Source: an uncultured Chloroflexia bacterium
Lineage (GTDB): Bacteria; Chloroflexota; Limnocylindria; Limnocylindrales; CSP1-4
Assembly: GCA_963764975.1 (NCBI GenBank)
Contig: CAVXUF010000002.1
Location: forward strand, 203,894 to 267,893
Direction: 5' to 3'
Length of the DNA stretch: 64,000 nt
The notes under the pieces were generated by a model. The model saw nothing but the letters and a program-made list of their open reading frames with translations, searched no databases and was not told the origin of the DNA. This document shows, in pieces, positions 1 to 10,774 of the stretch (the first letter of the stretch is position 1; each line of letters begins with the position of its first letter). The translations under genes and the position numbers were made by a program.

Positions 1-23
1 ATGCGATCTGTTCTGTTCAGTCC

Positions 24-52
24 TTGACCTCCAGTGGGTCAACGCCTACGGT
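24..52 (+). promoter_or_regulatory. candidate sigma70-type promoter of the protease gene
   Basis: TTGACC (24-29), 17-nt spacer, TACGGT (47-52). GGAGGG Shine-Dalgarno at 85-90 and ATG at 95 follow. Confidence 0.4.
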
Positions 53-94
53 GGGATGTGACATGCCTTGTGTCGGCCTCGATTGGAGGGGACC

Positions 95-1333
95 ATGGGT
101 CGGTACACCGTAGCGGCCTGTGCGGCGCTGTTGCTCGCCGTTGCGCTTCCGGGGCAAACAGGGCTCGCCAGTCAACCCATCGACGTGGGCCCCTCACGCC
201 CGGGTCAGACCCTAGCTTCGGCGGGCTTCGAGGACGCTGATGTTGAGCATGCGGTGACGCAAGACGCCGCTGAAGCCTTGGCTTCAGACCTCGAAGCGAT
301 CCGCGAAGCCCACGGCTGGTCAACGGAGCAAGTCGCGGCGTATGAGGCCTCCGAAGCGGCGCTCGACGCTGTTTCGGAGCTCGTTTCGACAAACTACCCA
401 ACGGCATTCATCGGCTCAGTCATCGCCGATGACCCGACAGACCCACCGACAGCGTATGTGAAGGGCATCGCGCCGGCCGATGTCCGCGCTCTCGCAATCG
501 AACTCGGCGTGAAATTGGTGGAGAAACAGCCCTATTCGTTGGATACACTCGACGTTCGTCTAGCGGTCGTCCACGAAGCTGTGCTCTCCACCGGCTTCGA
601 GAATGTCGTGGTGTCCGCGGACATCGAGCGCGAGGGGGCGATCACGGTGGCCGTCACCGCGTCGTCGAGGGCGGACCTCGATCTGATCCTCACCGGCATC
701 GCGCCCGAAATCGCCAACGACATCACGATCATCGCGGGGGCCGACCCCGTTGTAGAGGAACACGGAGCCTTCGGTGGGATGTTTCTCGATGATGGTGCCC
801 TCTTCCTCTGCACGAGTGGGTGGACAGTCCAGAAACTGTCGAACGGGGTGCGGGGCGTGACGGGCGCCGGACACTGCGCCGGGGTCGACCGGATCCGTCA
901 TCCGAGCATTGTCTGGCACACGGCGGTCGCGACGCTAGGGCATGTCGGACAATGGGGAGACGTGGGGTGGTTCACGACCAGCCTAAACGAGGCCGACGAC
1001 TTCTACGCGGATCAGTTCAACGAGATCCGCGATGTCACAGCGGTCGAGCCTCGAGCGAACATCTCAGTCGGAGAGTCGATTTGCGTGTACGGACGCGCAT
1101 CGAACAGTCGCAATTGCCAGCTCAGAGTCGAGAACCCGAACGTGTATTGTGGCGTCCCGCAGAAGTTGGTCCAGATGAATGGGGAAGTGACTATCAATGG
1201 GGACAGTGGCGGAGGCTGGTCGACCGGTACCAAGGCTTACGGGAGCACAGTTGGGACCTGCTTCAATAAGGACTCATTCTCCGTCGCCGACCTCTATGAC
1301 GAGGCCCTGGGCGTGGCGGTCGCCCTCAACTAA
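95..1333 (+). CDS. secreted S1-family serine protease (alpha-lytic protease/streptogrisin-like)
   Basis: ORF track 68..1333. ATG 95 follows GGAGGG. Signal peptide MGRYTVAACAALLLAVALPG and a long pro-region, then chymotrypsin-fold motifs TGAGHCAG (His) and GDSGGGW (Ser). Confidence 0.85.
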   Translation: MGRYTVAACAALLLAVALPGQTGLASQPIDVGPSRPGQTLASAGFEDADVEHAVTQDAAEALASDLEAIREAHGWSTEQVAAYEASEAALDAVSELVSTNYPTAFIGSVIADDPTDPPTAYVKGIAPADVRALAIELGVKLVEKQPYSLDTLDVRLAVVHEAVLSTGFENVVVSADIEREGAITVAVTASSRADLDLILTGIAPEIANDITIIAGADPVVEEHGAFGGMFLDDGALFLCTSGWTVQKLSNGVRGVTGAGHCAGVDRIRHPSIVWHTAVATLGHVGQWGDVGWFTTSLNEADDFYADQFNEIRDVTAVEPRANISVGESICVYGRASNSRNCQLRVENPNVYCGVPQKLVQMNGEVTINGDSGGGWSTGTKAYGSTVGTCFNKDSFSVADLYDEALGVAVALN

Positions 1334-1366
1334 CGGCCCACCGGTTCCGATTGAATAAATCGCGGA

Positions 1367-1810
1367 GTGCTGCGCATCGGAGCCATCGCCGTGGCCATCG
1401 CAGGGGTCGGCCTGACTGTGGTCCTGCGGGACGTCGTGGCGCCCTTTCCCCCGACCGGACCGCTCGCCCTCGTTGAGCCGCAGGTTGGGAGTGGCAAGGC
1501 ACGAACGGGTGGCGTGCTCGAAATCACCGACGACTGTGTGCGGCTGATCCATCCCGACGGGGACAAGTCACTCGTCATCTGGATCCGAGGATCGGTGAGC
1601 TGGAACGCGACGGATCAGTCAGTCGTCGTGACCGGGCCGGACGCAGGTGGCCAAACGCTACGCGATGGCGATGCCGTTGTGCTTGGGGGTGGAGGCGGCT
1701 ACGACGCCGAGCTTGAGCGTGCCGGCAGCTGGTTCCGTCGACCCGGGGAAGACTGCTCAGCACCGCAATGGTTCCTCGTTGCGGATGTTCAGCTCGCCTC
1801 CGAGAACTGA
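1367..1810 (+). CDS. hypothetical membrane-anchored protein
   Basis: ORF track 1367..1810. N-terminal hydrophobic helix IGAIAVAIAGVGLTVVL. No recognisable family. Confidence 0.5.
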   Translation: MLRIGAIAVAIAGVGLTVVLRDVVAPFPPTGPLALVEPQVGSGKARTGGVLEITDDCVRLIHPDGDKSLVIWIRGSVSWNATDQSVVVTGPDAGGQTLRDGDAVVLGGGGGYDAELERAGSWFRRPGEDCSAPQWFLVADVQLASEN

Positions 1811-2017
1811 GAAGGCCCGCGGCACCGGCGATCGGAACAACGCGGGGCCCACTCCTCTCGGCGAAACAGCGCCGACGCTGTCAAGAGCGCTCGCCGCGCG
1901 GCAAGCGCCCGCGGTACGGCGTCCGGCGCTCGCAGGACGGCCGCCAGGCAACATGTCGGGCGACGCCGACCCTCAGACCCTCCGAATGCTCGGAGGTCGT
2001 TCACGTTCCGATCGGAA

Positions 2018-2103
2018 TGGTACCGGGGGCGGGATTCGAACCCGCACGACCTTGCGATCGCCTGATTTTGAGTCAGGTGCGTCTGCCATTCCGCCACCCC
2101 GGC
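2018..2103 (-). tRNA. tRNA-Leu (anticodon CAA)
   Basis: Minus-strand cloverleaf GCCGGGGTGGCGGAATGGCAGACGCACCTGACTCAAAATCAGG...GGGTTCGAATCCCGCCCCCGGTACCA. Anticodon loop CU-CAA-AA, long variable arm, encoded CCA. Confidence 0.9.
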
Positions 2104-2148
2104 TCGGGACCGACGCCATCCTAGCGCGTGACGGTGAACCTGCCCCGA

Positions 2149-2268
2149 CCTCCACTGCTATTGAAGGACCCGCGACAGGTCCCTCGTGGTGAGTCGACCA
2201 CGACGCAGACTGAGCTCGCATCCACGCTCACCTGTCCCTGGAAACTCCGCTGGTATTGGGGACTCGGG
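2149..2268 (-). repeat. diverged copy (inverted orientation) of the 139-nt multi-hairpin repeat
   Basis: CTCCACTGCTATTGAAG ... CGACAGGTCCCTCGTGG ... CCACGCTCA ... CTCCGCTGGTATTGGGG aligns with the reverse complement of 19831-19969 and 20357-20495. Lies 46 nt upstream, in sense, of tRNA-Leu(CAA). Confidence 0.6.
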
Positions 2269-2296
2269 GCCGGAGAGCGCGGCGCAGGCCCCGGCC

Positions 2297-2323
2297 GGGA
2301 ACCCATCGCCACCGCCCGGCGTC
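2297..2323 (+). promoter_or_regulatory. candidate ECF-type (autoregulatory) promoter
   Basis: GGGAAC (2297-2302), 17-nt spacer, CGTC (2320-2323) resembles the ECF consensus GGAAC-N16/17-CGT. Located upstream of the ECF sigma gene. A housekeeping-like TAGACT sits at 2341-2346. Confidence 0.35.
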
Positions 2324-2387
2324 TCGCCCGGGACCGATGCTAGACTCCCCGAGCCTCAGAATCGCCGTCCGGAGGGATCCCCCGACC

Positions 2388-2996
2388 GTGGAGGACCTTC
2401 GCTCGACGACGGTCCCCGTCGACCCCGTCCAGCGCCGCGACCTCATCCTCCTCGAGCGAGCCCGCGACGGCGACCTCGATGCATTCAACGACCTGGTCAC
2501 GCTGTACCAGGACCAGCTCTTCGCGCTGGTCGTGCGGATGGTGCCGGACCGGGATCAAGCCTCTGACGCCGTGCAGGAGGCGTTCTTCTCCGCGTTCCGC
2601 AACATCCGCTCGTTCCGTGGCGGGAACGTCAAGTCGTGGCTCAACCGGATCTGCGTCAACGCCGCGATGGATACGCAGCGCGCCCGCAAGCGCCGTCCCG
2701 TCCAGCCGTATCCCGAACTCGAGGACGAGAGCTGGCAGCCACCGGCCGGTGTCGACGCCGACCCGGAGCGCACGGCCGTCCTCGCCGAGCGCACGCGAAC
2801 GCTCTCCACGGCCCTGTCCGCGATCACCGACGACCAGCGCACCGCCATCGTGCTGTTCGACGTCGAGGGCTACGACTACGCCGAGATCGCCGAGATGACC
2901 GGCGTCTCGCTCGGGACCGTGAAGTCCCGCATCCACCGTGGCCGTCTCTCGCTTCGTGGGCTGCTCGAGGACCGGATGGAGCTGTTCCGTGAGTGA
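2388..2996 (+). CDS. ECF-family RNA polymerase sigma factor
   Basis: ORF track 2256..2996. GTG 2388 is preceded by GGAGGG (2371-2376); alternative ATG at 2337. Sigma-70 region 2 (DLDAFNDLVTLYQDQLFALVVRMV...QEAFFSAFRNIRSFRG) and region 4 HTH (YAEIAEMTGVSLGTVKSRIHRGR). Confidence 0.85.
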   Translation: MEDLRSTTVPVDPVQRRDLILLERARDGDLDAFNDLVTLYQDQLFALVVRMVPDRDQASDAVQEAFFSAFRNIRSFRGGNVKSWLNRICVNAAMDTQRARKRRPVQPYPELEDESWQPPAGVDADPERTAVLAERTRTLSTALSAITDDQRTAIVLFDVEGYDYAEIAEMTGVSLGTVKSRIHRGRLSLRGLLEDRMELFRE

Positions 2997-4086
2997 CGAT
3001 CCGGTCCAGCACGCGGACCACGACCTCGAGCGACTCGTCGCGTTCACCGATCGCCAGCTCGACGCCCCAGAGGCGGCGCTCGCCGCTGATCAGGTCGCGG
3101 CCTGCGCCGACTGCGCGCGCCTCGTGGACGACCTGCGCGTGCTGTCCGCCGCGGACCGAGCCCTCCCGACGCCACTCCGACCGCGTGACTTCCGCCTGAC
3201 ACCCGCCGATGCCGAGCGGCTGCGGGCTCCCCGAGAGGAACCCATCGCCGCGGCCGCCCGTCTCAGGGGCGAGATGCCTGCCGCCCGAACCCATCGCCCG
3301 GATCACGTCGCCCACGATGCCCTCCTGGTCGCCGCGTCCCTCGACGCGGACCTGACGACCGATGAACGCCGGACCGTGGACGACTGGATCGCGACGTGCA
3401 CGGACTGCGCCGACCTGCGCGCCGACCTTCTCGCGATCGCGGAAGCGCATCGAACCCTCCCGACGCCATCGCGACCGCGCGACCTCCAGCTGACCGAGCG
3501 CGACGCCGCGCGTCTCCGCGGCGGCCGCTGGCGCGACGTGATCGGCTGGATCGGCGGAGCCCGCGACGGGATCACGCGCCCACTGGCCACGGGTCTGACC
3601 ACGCTGGGGCTGGTCGGCGTCCTCGTGACCGGCGGTCCCGCGCTCCTCGCGGCGTCGGGCGCCACCGCCGGAGCGGCACCCGCCCATGAACTCCAAGCCC
3701 TGGGCACGTCCAAGAACGGCGCCGAGACCGATCCCGGGGATAGCGTGGTCTTCACGGGCGAGGATCCCGGCTCCAGTCCGCCGGGGGCGCAGGCGCCAGC
3801 CTCCTCGGACGGCGCCGTCGGCCCATTGGCCGGGACCACCGGCGACCCATCTCCGGGCGAGGCCGGGGTCGACACGGGTTCGTCGGCGGGCAGCGGTGAC
3901 CTGTTTGGACAGACCGATACCCCGGGCCGTGTCTCGGCCGGGGGTGGCGAGGACGACCTGCGCCAAACGGACGAGATCGGGGTCTCGTCGACCCAGACCG
4001 GGCTGTACGTCTCGCTCGGGGCGCTGCTCGCCGGGCTCGCCGTGTTCGTCACTCGTCGGATCTCCCGGTCCCTCCGGGACGTCTGA
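2989..4086 (+). CDS. membrane anti-sigma factor with duplicated N-terminal anti-sigma module
   Basis: ORF track 2938..4086. GTG 2989 overlaps the sigma stop (2994-2996). Two CxxC modules (ACADCARL, TCTDCADL), a central TM helix LATGLTTLGLVGVLVTGG, a low-complexity exodomain and a C-terminal TM helix. Confidence 0.7.
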   Translation: MSDDPVQHADHDLERLVAFTDRQLDAPEAALAADQVAACADCARLVDDLRVLSAADRALPTPLRPRDFRLTPADAERLRAPREEPIAAAARLRGEMPAARTHRPDHVAHDALLVAASLDADLTTDERRTVDDWIATCTDCADLRADLLAIAEAHRTLPTPSRPRDLQLTERDAARLRGGRWRDVIGWIGGARDGITRPLATGLTTLGLVGVLVTGGPALLAASGATAGAAPAHELQALGTSKNGAETDPGDSVVFTGEDPGSSPPGAQAPASSDGAVGPLAGTTGDPSPGEAGVDTGSSAGSGDLFGQTDTPGRVSAGGGEDDLRQTDEIGVSSTQTGLYVSLGALLAGLAVFVTRRISRSLRDV

Positions 4087-4170
4087 GCGACCCCTCGCCC
4101 GACCCCGCGGGTACACTGGAGCCTCACGACCACCTGGGTCCCGCGCGGACCCGCCCCCGAGGCCCTGCCG

Positions 4171-7046
4171 ATGGACCGCCTGATGCTGCTCGACGGCAAC
4201 GGGCTCATCTACCGCGGATATTTCGCCCTCATCCAGCAACCCTTGACGACATCGAAGGGCGAGCTGGTGTCGGCGGTGTTCGGGTTCACGAACATCGTGC
4301 TGCGGGCGTTCCAGGACGTCGGTCCGGATCATGTCGCGGTGGCGTTCGACCTGCCAAAGCCCACGTTTCGCCACGAGCGATTCGCGGAGTACAAGGCCAC
4401 CCGCACCCGGATGCCGGACGAGATGCGCGAGCAGATCCCCAAGGTCCGCCGCGTGGTCGAGGCCCTCGGGATCCCCGTCTATGAGATGGAGGGCTACGAG
4501 GCCGACGACGTCATCGCGACGCTCGTCGGGCAGGCCGAGGCCCGGGACATCGCGACGACCATCCTGACCGGCGACCTGGACATGCTCCAGCTCGTGTCCG
4601 AGCGCACGAAGCTCCTCGTCTCGCTCCGTGGCGGCATCGCCAACACGGTGGAGTACGACCTCGCGCGGATCGATGAGCGTTGGGGCCTCCGGCCGGACCA
4701 GATGCTCGACTACAAGGCGCTCAAGGGCGACCCCACCGACAACATCCCCGGTGTCGCGGGTGTCGGCGAGAAGACGGCCGCCGGCCTCGTCGCCACGCAT
4801 GGCTCCGTCGATGCCATGTACGCCGCGATCGAGACCGTGACGCCCGAGAAGCTGCGCGCCAAGCTCGTCGAGGCGAAAGACGTCGTCCTCGAGAGCCGCG
4901 AGCTGATGCGGCTGGTCCGCGACCTGCCCGTGACCCTGGACGAGGACCGGACCCAGGTGGGTGCCTACGACCGCGAGGCCGTGATCCGGCTCTTCCGCGA
5001 GTACGAGTTCCGGACGCTCATCGATCGACTGCCACCGCTTCGCGGCGAGGCGCCCGACGAGGCGGTCGCGCGACTCCGCGAGCTCGGGACGGACGTCGGC
5101 GCGGCGCGGGCCCCCGGGGCTCGGCCGGCGGCACCGGCACCGCGTCGCCCGCCGTCTGGCGACGGGCTCCAGCTCAGCCTCGAATTCGATACGCCGGCTG
5201 GCGGTGCCGCCGCGGACGGCGACCGGCCACTGGTCGAGGTCCCCGAGGGTGACCTGCCGGCCGCGCTGGCCGCCGCGATCGAGGATCCGCGTCGGATCGA
5301 GGTCCGCGCCGCGGACGGCCTCGACGGGATCGCCGACTGGCTCGCCGCGCAACCCGACCTGGCCGTGTCGCTGGTGGCATCGGATCCGCGGCCACTCCAC
5401 GGGGAACCGCTCGCGCTCGCCGTCGCGGGGATGGACGGCCGGGTCGTCGTCGCGGACACGGTCGATGCGATCGACACGCTCCGCGGCCTCGTCATCGCGA
5501 GCGGCAAGCCGCTCGTGGGCCATGACGTCAAGGCGATCCTGACCGACCGGTTCGCGCGCGAGCCCCGCTCCTCGGCCCTCCCGGTCGCGTTCGACACGCA
5601 GATCGCGGCCTACGTCCTCAACGCCTCGCTGCGCAGCCAGGCCATCGCCGACGTGGTCGCGGAACGCCTGGACCTCCAGATCCCGCCGCCGAAGGACCTC
5701 GACCCCGCCACCCGCGCCGGACTGGATGCGCTCGCGATCGCGACGGTCGCGGCCACTGCTGGAACGGGCGATGGCGGACGCCGGGCTCGATCGCCTGTTC
5801 GCCGAGCTGGAGCGCCCGCTCATCGCGGTCCTCGCCCGGATGGAGGCGACCGGGGTCGCGCTCGACCTCGACACGCTCGTCGACGCTCGAGCGCGAGTTC
5901 ACGACCGAGATCGAGCGACTCGAGGCCGCGGTCTTCGCCGCCGTCGGGCACGAGTTCACGATCGGCTCGCCCAAGCAGCTCGGCGAGGTGCTGTTCGGCG
6001 AGCTCAAGCTGCCGTTCGGTCGCAAGACCAAGACCGGGTACTCGACGGATGCCTCGGTGCTCGAGGAGCTGCGGACCGTCCACCCGGTCATCGAGCCCGT
6101 GCTCGAGTGGCGCACCTACACGAAGCTGCGGTCCACGTACATCGAGGCGTTGCCGGCGCTGATCGCCCATGACGGCCGGCTCCACACCACGTTCCACCAG
6201 GCCGTGGCCGCCACCGGACGACTGTCGTCCTCGGATCCGAACCTCCAGAACATCCCGATCCGGAGCGAGCTGGGCCGGCGCATCCGGCGCGCGTTCGTCG
6301 CTGGCGATCCGGCACTGACGCTCGTCGCCGCGGACTACAGCCAGATCGAGTTGCGCATCCTCGCCCACGTCTCGGGCGACGCGCATCTCAAGGACGCGTT
6401 CGCCCGCGACGCGGACATCCACCGCGAGACCGCGGCCCTCGTGCTGCACAAGGAGCCGGCGGACGTCACCTCGGACGAGCGATCCATGGCGAAGATGGTC
6501 AACTTCGGCATCGCCTACGGCATGAGCGACTTCGGGCTCTCGTCTCGTGCAGGGATCAGCCGCCAGGAGGCGCAGCAATTCATCACGAACTACTTCACCA
6601 CGTACTCCGGGATCAGCTACTACATGCTCCACATCAAGGAGGTCGCCAAGACCCAAGGGTTCGTCACGACGCTGCTCGGGCGAAAGCGGTCCATCCCGGA
6701 GCTGGCGTCACGGATCCCGGCGCTGCGTTCCGCCGGCGAGCGGATGGCCATCAACATGCCGATCCAGGGGACCGCCGCGGACATCATGAAGATCGCGATG
6801 ATCCGCGTGGCGGAGCGGCTCGAACGGCGAGCGGTCGGCGGCCCGGATGCTGCTCCAGGTCCATGATGAGTTGCTGTTCGAGGTCCCGCGCGACGACGTC
6901 GAGCCGCTCGTGACGCTCGTCCGGGAGACATGGAATCCGCCGTGGCGCTCGACGTGCCACTCACCGTCGACGTCAAGGCCGGGGACGACTGGGAGTCGAT
7001 GCGCCCGATCCCACGGTCCGCGGTCGCGTCCCCCACGACGGTCTAG
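4171..7046 (+). CDS. polA: DNA polymerase I (frame interrupted by about 4 apparent frameshifts)
   Basis: Pieces in ORF track 4171..6162, 5726..6172, 5988..6866 and 6847..8058. 5'-3' exonuclease N-terminus (LLDGNGLIYRGYFAL) and polymerase motifs (MAKMVNFGIAYGMS; LLQVHDELLFEV). Frame changes near 5750, 5883, 6832, 6926. Stop at 7044-7046. Confidence 0.9.
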
Positions 7047-7055
7047 GGCCGCCCG

Positions 7056-8058
7056 ATGCCCGAGCTTCCCGAGGTCGAGACCGTGGCGCGCGATCTTCGT
7101 CCCCATCTCGTCGGGGCGACGATCACGGGTGCCCGCAGTTCGTGGGGCGCGAACCCTCAAGACGCACACGGGCGAGGCGTTCGCCGCGTCGATCGCCGGG
7201 CGTCGGATCGAGACGGTCGGGCGCCGGGCCAAGCAACTGGTCATCGAGCTGTCCGACGCTGCGGCGCTGACCATCCATCTCAAGATGACCGGCCAGCTGT
7301 TCGTGGTCCCGGCCGATGCCCCGGAGGACCCGTACGTCAGGTTGGTCCTCGAACTGGCCGATGGCCGAGAGCTGCGATTTCGCGATATCCGCAAGTTCGG
7401 GAAGGTGGGGCTCTACGGCCGCGACCCCGCGACGGGCGAACTCGTGACCGAGGTGGGCGGGGCGTCGGTGTTCGCGGCGATCGGCCCCGAACCGCTCGAC
7501 CCGGCCTTCACCGTCCGCGACTTCCGGCGCTTGGTGCGACGGCGCAAGGGTCGGCTCAAATCGCTCCTGCTCGATCAGTCGTTCCTCGCGGGTGTCGGGA
7601 ACATCTACGCCGACGAGGCCCTGTGGGCGTCGCGATTGCATCCGCTCCGGTCGGCGTCGTCGCTGCGCCCCGCGGATGAGCGCCACCTCTACGAAGCCAT
7701 CCGTTCGATCCTCGCCGAAGCCGTGGAGCGACGCGGCAGCTCGATCGACGACTACACCGCGCCCGATGGCGACGGGGCCATGCAGGAGCGACTTCAGGTC
7801 TACCAGCGCACCGGAGAGCCATGTCCGCGCTGCGCCCGCCCGATCAAGCGGATCGTGGTGGGGGCGCGGAGCACGCACTTCTGTTCGTGGTGCCAGCGCC
7901 TCTCGCCGGCGGATCGGAAGAACGCCGCGGCCATCCTGCGCACGCTCACCGGGGGCCGGCGTCGCGCCGGGCCGCGCTGGTCCGACCTGACCGAGCGGAC
8001 GAAGCGCGCCGCGGCGACACGACGGGCGGCGGCGCGCGCGTCGTCGGGTACCGGCTGA
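7056..8058 (+). CDS. mutM: formamidopyrimidine-DNA glycosylase (one apparent frameshift)
   Basis: MPELPEVETV N-terminus at 7056 and C-terminal zinc finger CPRC...CSWC. Frame change near 7138 (pieces 7056..7679 and 6847..8058). Basic C-terminal tail of about 50 aa. Confidence 0.85.
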
Positions 8059-10126
8059 TGTCGATCCTGCGGCTGGCGGAGGTCACGCGCGAGGTCGGGG
8101 CGTTCGTCATCCTCGATTCGGTCACGGCGGCCATCGCGCTCGGGGACCGGATCGGTCTCGTCGGGCCGAACGGGGCCGGGAAGACCACGCTGCTGCGGCT
8201 CGCCTCGGGCCGTGATGAGCCCGATCGTGGGTCCGTTTCGCGCAAGCGCGGGCTGAGCGTCGGGCTGCTCGCCCAAGAAGCCCATCTGGACGAGGTCTTC
8301 ATGGCCGCGCCGGATCTGCGCACGGCCGTCCGGGCGGGCGCGGCTCACCTCGAGCGCATGGCTGAATCCCTGGCCACGTACGAGCGCGAGGGTCGGGTCA
8401 CGGAGTCTGCCTATGCCACGCTCCAGCACGAGTTCGAGGTCCTCGGCGGGTACACGCTGGACCAGCGAGTCGATTCGGCGCTGAGCGGACTCGGGTTTGC
8501 GCGCGAGGAGTGGGTCAAGCCGCCGAACGCGATGTCGGGCGGCGAGCAGACCCGGGCGTCGCTGGCACGGCTCGTCATCGCCGATCCGGACCTGCTGCTC
8601 CTCGACGAGCCAACGAACCACCTCGACATCTCGGCCATCGAGTGGCTCGAGGACCACCTGCGACGACGGGTCGGGTCGCTCCTCGTGGCGTCGCACGACC
8701 GGGCCTTCCTCGACGCGGTCGTCACCCGCGTCTGGGAGTTGCGGGACCGTCGCCTGACAGCGTTCCGTGGCGACTACAGCGCCTACCACCGCCAGCGCGT
8801 GGAGCGCGATGCCCGGGCCGTGAAGGACGTCGAGACCACGGCGGAGCAGATCGCTCGTGAACGGGAGCTCGTTCAGCGGTATAGGAGCCACCGCAAGTTC
8901 AGCAAGATGCACGAGCACGAGGCGAGGCTGGAGCGGCTCCAGGCCGATCAGCGCGACGCCCCGAAGGCTGGCCGCAAGCTCGCGATCCCCGCGGCGTCGC
9001 TCGCTGGTGCGGGGCCGACGCGGTCCGGGGAGATCGTCGTCCGCATCGAGGGGCTGGCCGTGGGGTATCTGCCCGGGCGCGGCGCCGTGCGGGACGACGG
9101 ATCGCCCGCGACCGAGGCCGCGCGTCGTGGCGCGAGCGCCGTTCCTGGCCGCCCAGCGCGGGGAGCGCATCGGGATCGTCGGGCCGAACGGGGCAGGGAA
9201 GACGACGCTTCTGCGGACCATCGCTGGGGATCTGCCGCCGCTCGATGGACGGCTGACCTTCGGGCACAACGTCCAGCTCGGGTACCTCGCGCAGCTGCGC
9301 GAGGCCGCGATCCCGGGGGCGACCGTCCTCGACGCGCTCCTGGAGTCGATCCCGGTGACGCCCGGAGAGGCCCGCGCGTACCTCGCCCGGTTCCTGTTCC
9401 GCGGCGACGATGCGTTCAAGGAGGTCCGGATGCTGTCGGGCGGGGAGCGATCGCGGCTCGAACTCGCGCTGCTCGGGATCCAGCCGTCGAACCTGCTCTT
9501 GCTCGACGAACCCACGAACCATCTCGACATCCCGGCCCGCGAGGCGATCGAGGCCTTCATGACCGGGTCGCCGGCCACGCTGATCGTGGTCTCCCACGAC
9601 CGACGGCTGCTCGAGACGGTGTGCGAGAAGCTGTGGGTGGTCGACGACGCGGGCGCGGCCCCGTTCGATGGCGGGTATCGCGCGTGGCGGGCCGCGGTGT
9701 CGGCCGGCTGGACGGTGGCGAACGCGCTCGACGCCGAGGCGAAGCGGTTGCATGGCGGGCGGAGCGGGGCATCGAATGGGACAGGCCGGGCGGCGGCGGG
9801 GAATGCCGCTCGCCCACCGGCGACTGGGTCCCCCGTGCCCGCGCCGACGCCCGCCACGCCCCCAGCGCGGACCTCCGCGAAGACCCGGGGCCGGAAGCTG
9901 GAAAAGCTGTCCAAGGATGCGTATCGCAAGCAGAAGACGGCACTGGACGGGGAGCTGACGCGGCTCGGGCTGCGCAAGAACCACCTGGAGCTGGCGCTGG
10001 GCGATCCGGCGGTGGCCGCGAACTTCGTGGAACTGCGCCGCGTGACGAGCGAGCTGGCCGATGTCGATGCCGCGCTCGTCGCTGGCCGAGGACGCCTGGC
10101 TCCAACTCGAGGAGCGCGCCCCGTGA
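8058..10126 (+). CDS. ABC-F family ATPase (two apparent frameshifts)
   Basis: ATG 8058 overlaps the mutM stop (TGATG). Two ABC cassettes ([20 protein letters not shown] and [20 protein letters not shown]) with an inter-domain linker and no TM domain. Frame changes near 9120 and 10082. Stop at 10124-10126. Confidence 0.85.
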
Positions 10127-10730
10127 CCGTGCGCATCGGGATCACCGGGCCGATCGGATGCGGCAAGTCGACCGTGGCCGGCTGGCTCGGGGAGCGGCCC
10201 GGGGTCGTCGTCATCGACGCGGACGTCGTGGCGCGGGAGGTCGTCGAGCCGGGTGAGCCGGCCCTGGCGGCGATCGTCGGGGCGGTTCGGTGAGGGCGTC
10301 CTGGCCGGCGGACGGGTCGCTGGACCGGGGCGCGCTCGGGCGGATCGTCTTCGCGGATCCGGCCGCCCTGGCGGACCTGGAGGCCATCACGCACCCGGCG
10401 GTGCGTGCCGCGGATCGTGGCGGCGATGGAAGCGAGCCGAGGCGGACGGGGCGACGGCGGTCGTGGTCGAGGCGATCCGGCTGGTCGATGGCGGCCTCGC
10501 GGCGGTCTGCGACGAGGTCTGGGTGGTCACCTGCGACCCGGACGGCCCAGCTCGAGCGCGTCGTAGGGCGGGGGACCGATCCGGCGGACGCGGCGCGTCG
10601 CATCGAGGCGCAGGCCGGGATGGTCGCGCGGATGGTGCCGGCGGCCACGCGCGTCATCGACACGAGCGGGACGATCGAAGCGACCCGCGCGCTCGTCGAC
10701 GTCGCGTTCGAGGCGGCGATCGCGCCATAA
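10123..10730 (+). CDS. coaE: dephospho-CoA kinase (about 4 apparent frameshifts)
   Basis: GTG 10123 overlaps the ABC-F stop (GTGA). P-loop [41 protein letters not shown]. Coding signal hops frames near 10270, 10305, 10405, 10545. Stop at 10728-10730. Confidence 0.75.
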
Positions 10731-10766
10731 CGAACGCTTGTTCACATCGATGGAACGGCGTATCCT
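10731..10766 (+). promoter_or_regulatory. candidate LexA (SOS) box overlapping the uvrB promoter
   Basis: CGAACGCTTGTTCA (10731-10744) fits the GAAC-N4-GTTC LexA/Cheo box. TTGTTC (10738-10743), 17 nt, TATCCT (10761-10766). ATG lies 8 nt after the -10. Confidence 0.5.
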
Positions 10767-10774
10767 GACGACCC

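Noticed and set aside
2824-5874. 1016-aa minus-strand ORF covering the sigma/anti-sigma genes and polA
   Set aside because: Arg/Gly/Asp/Pro-rich low-complexity translation with no motifs. It lies antisense to genes with clear conserved motifs. This is a typical shadow ORF of a high-G+C genome.
7800-10394. 864-aa minus-strand ORF opposite mutM, ABC-F and coaE
   Set aside because: Same shadow-ORF character. The + strand carries unmistakable Walker and ABC signature motifs.
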